NCBI GenBank assembly: GCA_001795615.1
Contig: MGKI01000014.1
Span: forward strand, 5,380 to 69,379
From: Candidatus Yanofskybacteria bacterium RIFCSPLOWO2_01_FULL_42_49
Lineage (GTDB): Bacteria; Patescibacteriota; Minisyncoccia; 2-02-FULL-40-12; GWA2-44-9
Length of the DNA: 64,000 bases
Direction of reading: 5' to 3'
Shown here: positions 63,646 through 64,000 of the stretch, piece after piece
Layout of the letters: every line of letters starts with the position of its first letter
Position numbering within the stretch: position 1 is the stretch's first letter
The notes under the pieces: model-generated
What the model saw: the letters and a program-made list of their open reading frames with translations, nothing else
Told to the model about the DNA's origin: nothing
The model's database searches: none
Made by a program: the position numbers and the translations under genes

Positions 63646-64000
63646 ATGGCAAAAAAACGCCTTAAAAAAGAGAAGTTTTTAATCTTGATCTGCGGATTGC
63701 CAAGTACCGGTAAAACTACTCTCGCCAAAAAGTTAGCCGGACAAATTAACCAGTATATTTTAATTTCCCAAAATGATATCCGGAGGAAAATGGGCATAAA
63801 GCGTATGCCTAAGACTCAAGAAAAAGTTCTAAGAGCCATAGATCGCTTAATTGCCGAAAATCTTCTCTCCGGTCTGGGGGTAATTTGTGAAAGCGTCAAT
63901 CGTTGCAGTTTTCGACGGCAACAAATCTACGGGGTAGCTTCCGGCTGTGGCCGGCGGGTGATCACTTTGGAAATAGTTTGTTCTGAAGAAACAGCTAAAA
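63646..64000 (+). CDS. P-loop kinase (AAA_33-like), runs off the right edge
   Basis: Not in the track; hand translation MAKKRLKKEKFLILICGLPSTGKTTLAKKLA...ISQNDIRR...LEIVCSEETAK. Confidence 0.8.
   Translation, partial: MAKKRLKKEKFLILICGLPSTGKTTLAKKLAGQINQYILISQNDIRRKMGIKRMPKTQEKVLRAIDRLIAENLLSGLGVICESVNRCSFRRQQIYGVASGCGRRVITLEIVCSEETAK

Noticed and set aside
1-64000. CRISPR array, rRNA/tRNA genes, or genetic code 25 recoding
   Set aside because: No regularly spaced 25-45-nt repeats with unique spacers and no cloverleaf or rRNA signature were seen; conserved genes are full-length with TGA used as a stop.

Overview
A 64-kb low-GC bacterial chromosomal window read in the standard code (TGA is a stop). 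Gene content and style point to a Patescibacteria/CPR (Parcubacteria-like) genome; this is an inference. The first ~20 kb holds housekeeping and accessory genes: a sigma70-region-4/HTH protein, secF, secD, an SPFH lipoprotein, two RecB/PD-(D/E)XK-type nucleases, a stand-alone JAB protein, an M32 carboxypeptidase, a cytidylyltransferase-diadenylate-cyclase-like fusion, pyrF, secA, hpf, a PurD-like ATP-grasp enzyme and a secreted metalloprotease. From ~20 kb to the window end runs a >44-kb surface-glycan/nucleotide-sugar locus. It contains a WcaJ-type initiating transferase, Wzx, GT2 and GT-C-like transferases, a carbamoyltransferase/SGNH/SxtJ/SxtK-like module, gmd/fcl, gmhA/gmhB/hddA, an ABC flippase, two ThDP enzymes, four B12-binding radical SAM enzymes, a ColD-like dehydratase, Nudix, SDR and PhyH enzymes. 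Three non-obvious signals stand out. (1) About 17 genes are built as self-contained units (terminator, sigma70 promoter, a boxA-like 12-mer, Shine-Dalgarno, ORF), while core genes are leaderless or SD-less. (2) Short palindromic and heptamer-repeat elements have invaded coding sequences in frame (about nine in secA, a nested pair in hpf, one in secD) and fill many intergenic gaps. (3) The cytidylyltransferase-DAC fusion has no canonical start codon ahead of its conserved N-terminal motif. No rRNA, tRNA, CRISPR array, integrase or transposase was recognised.
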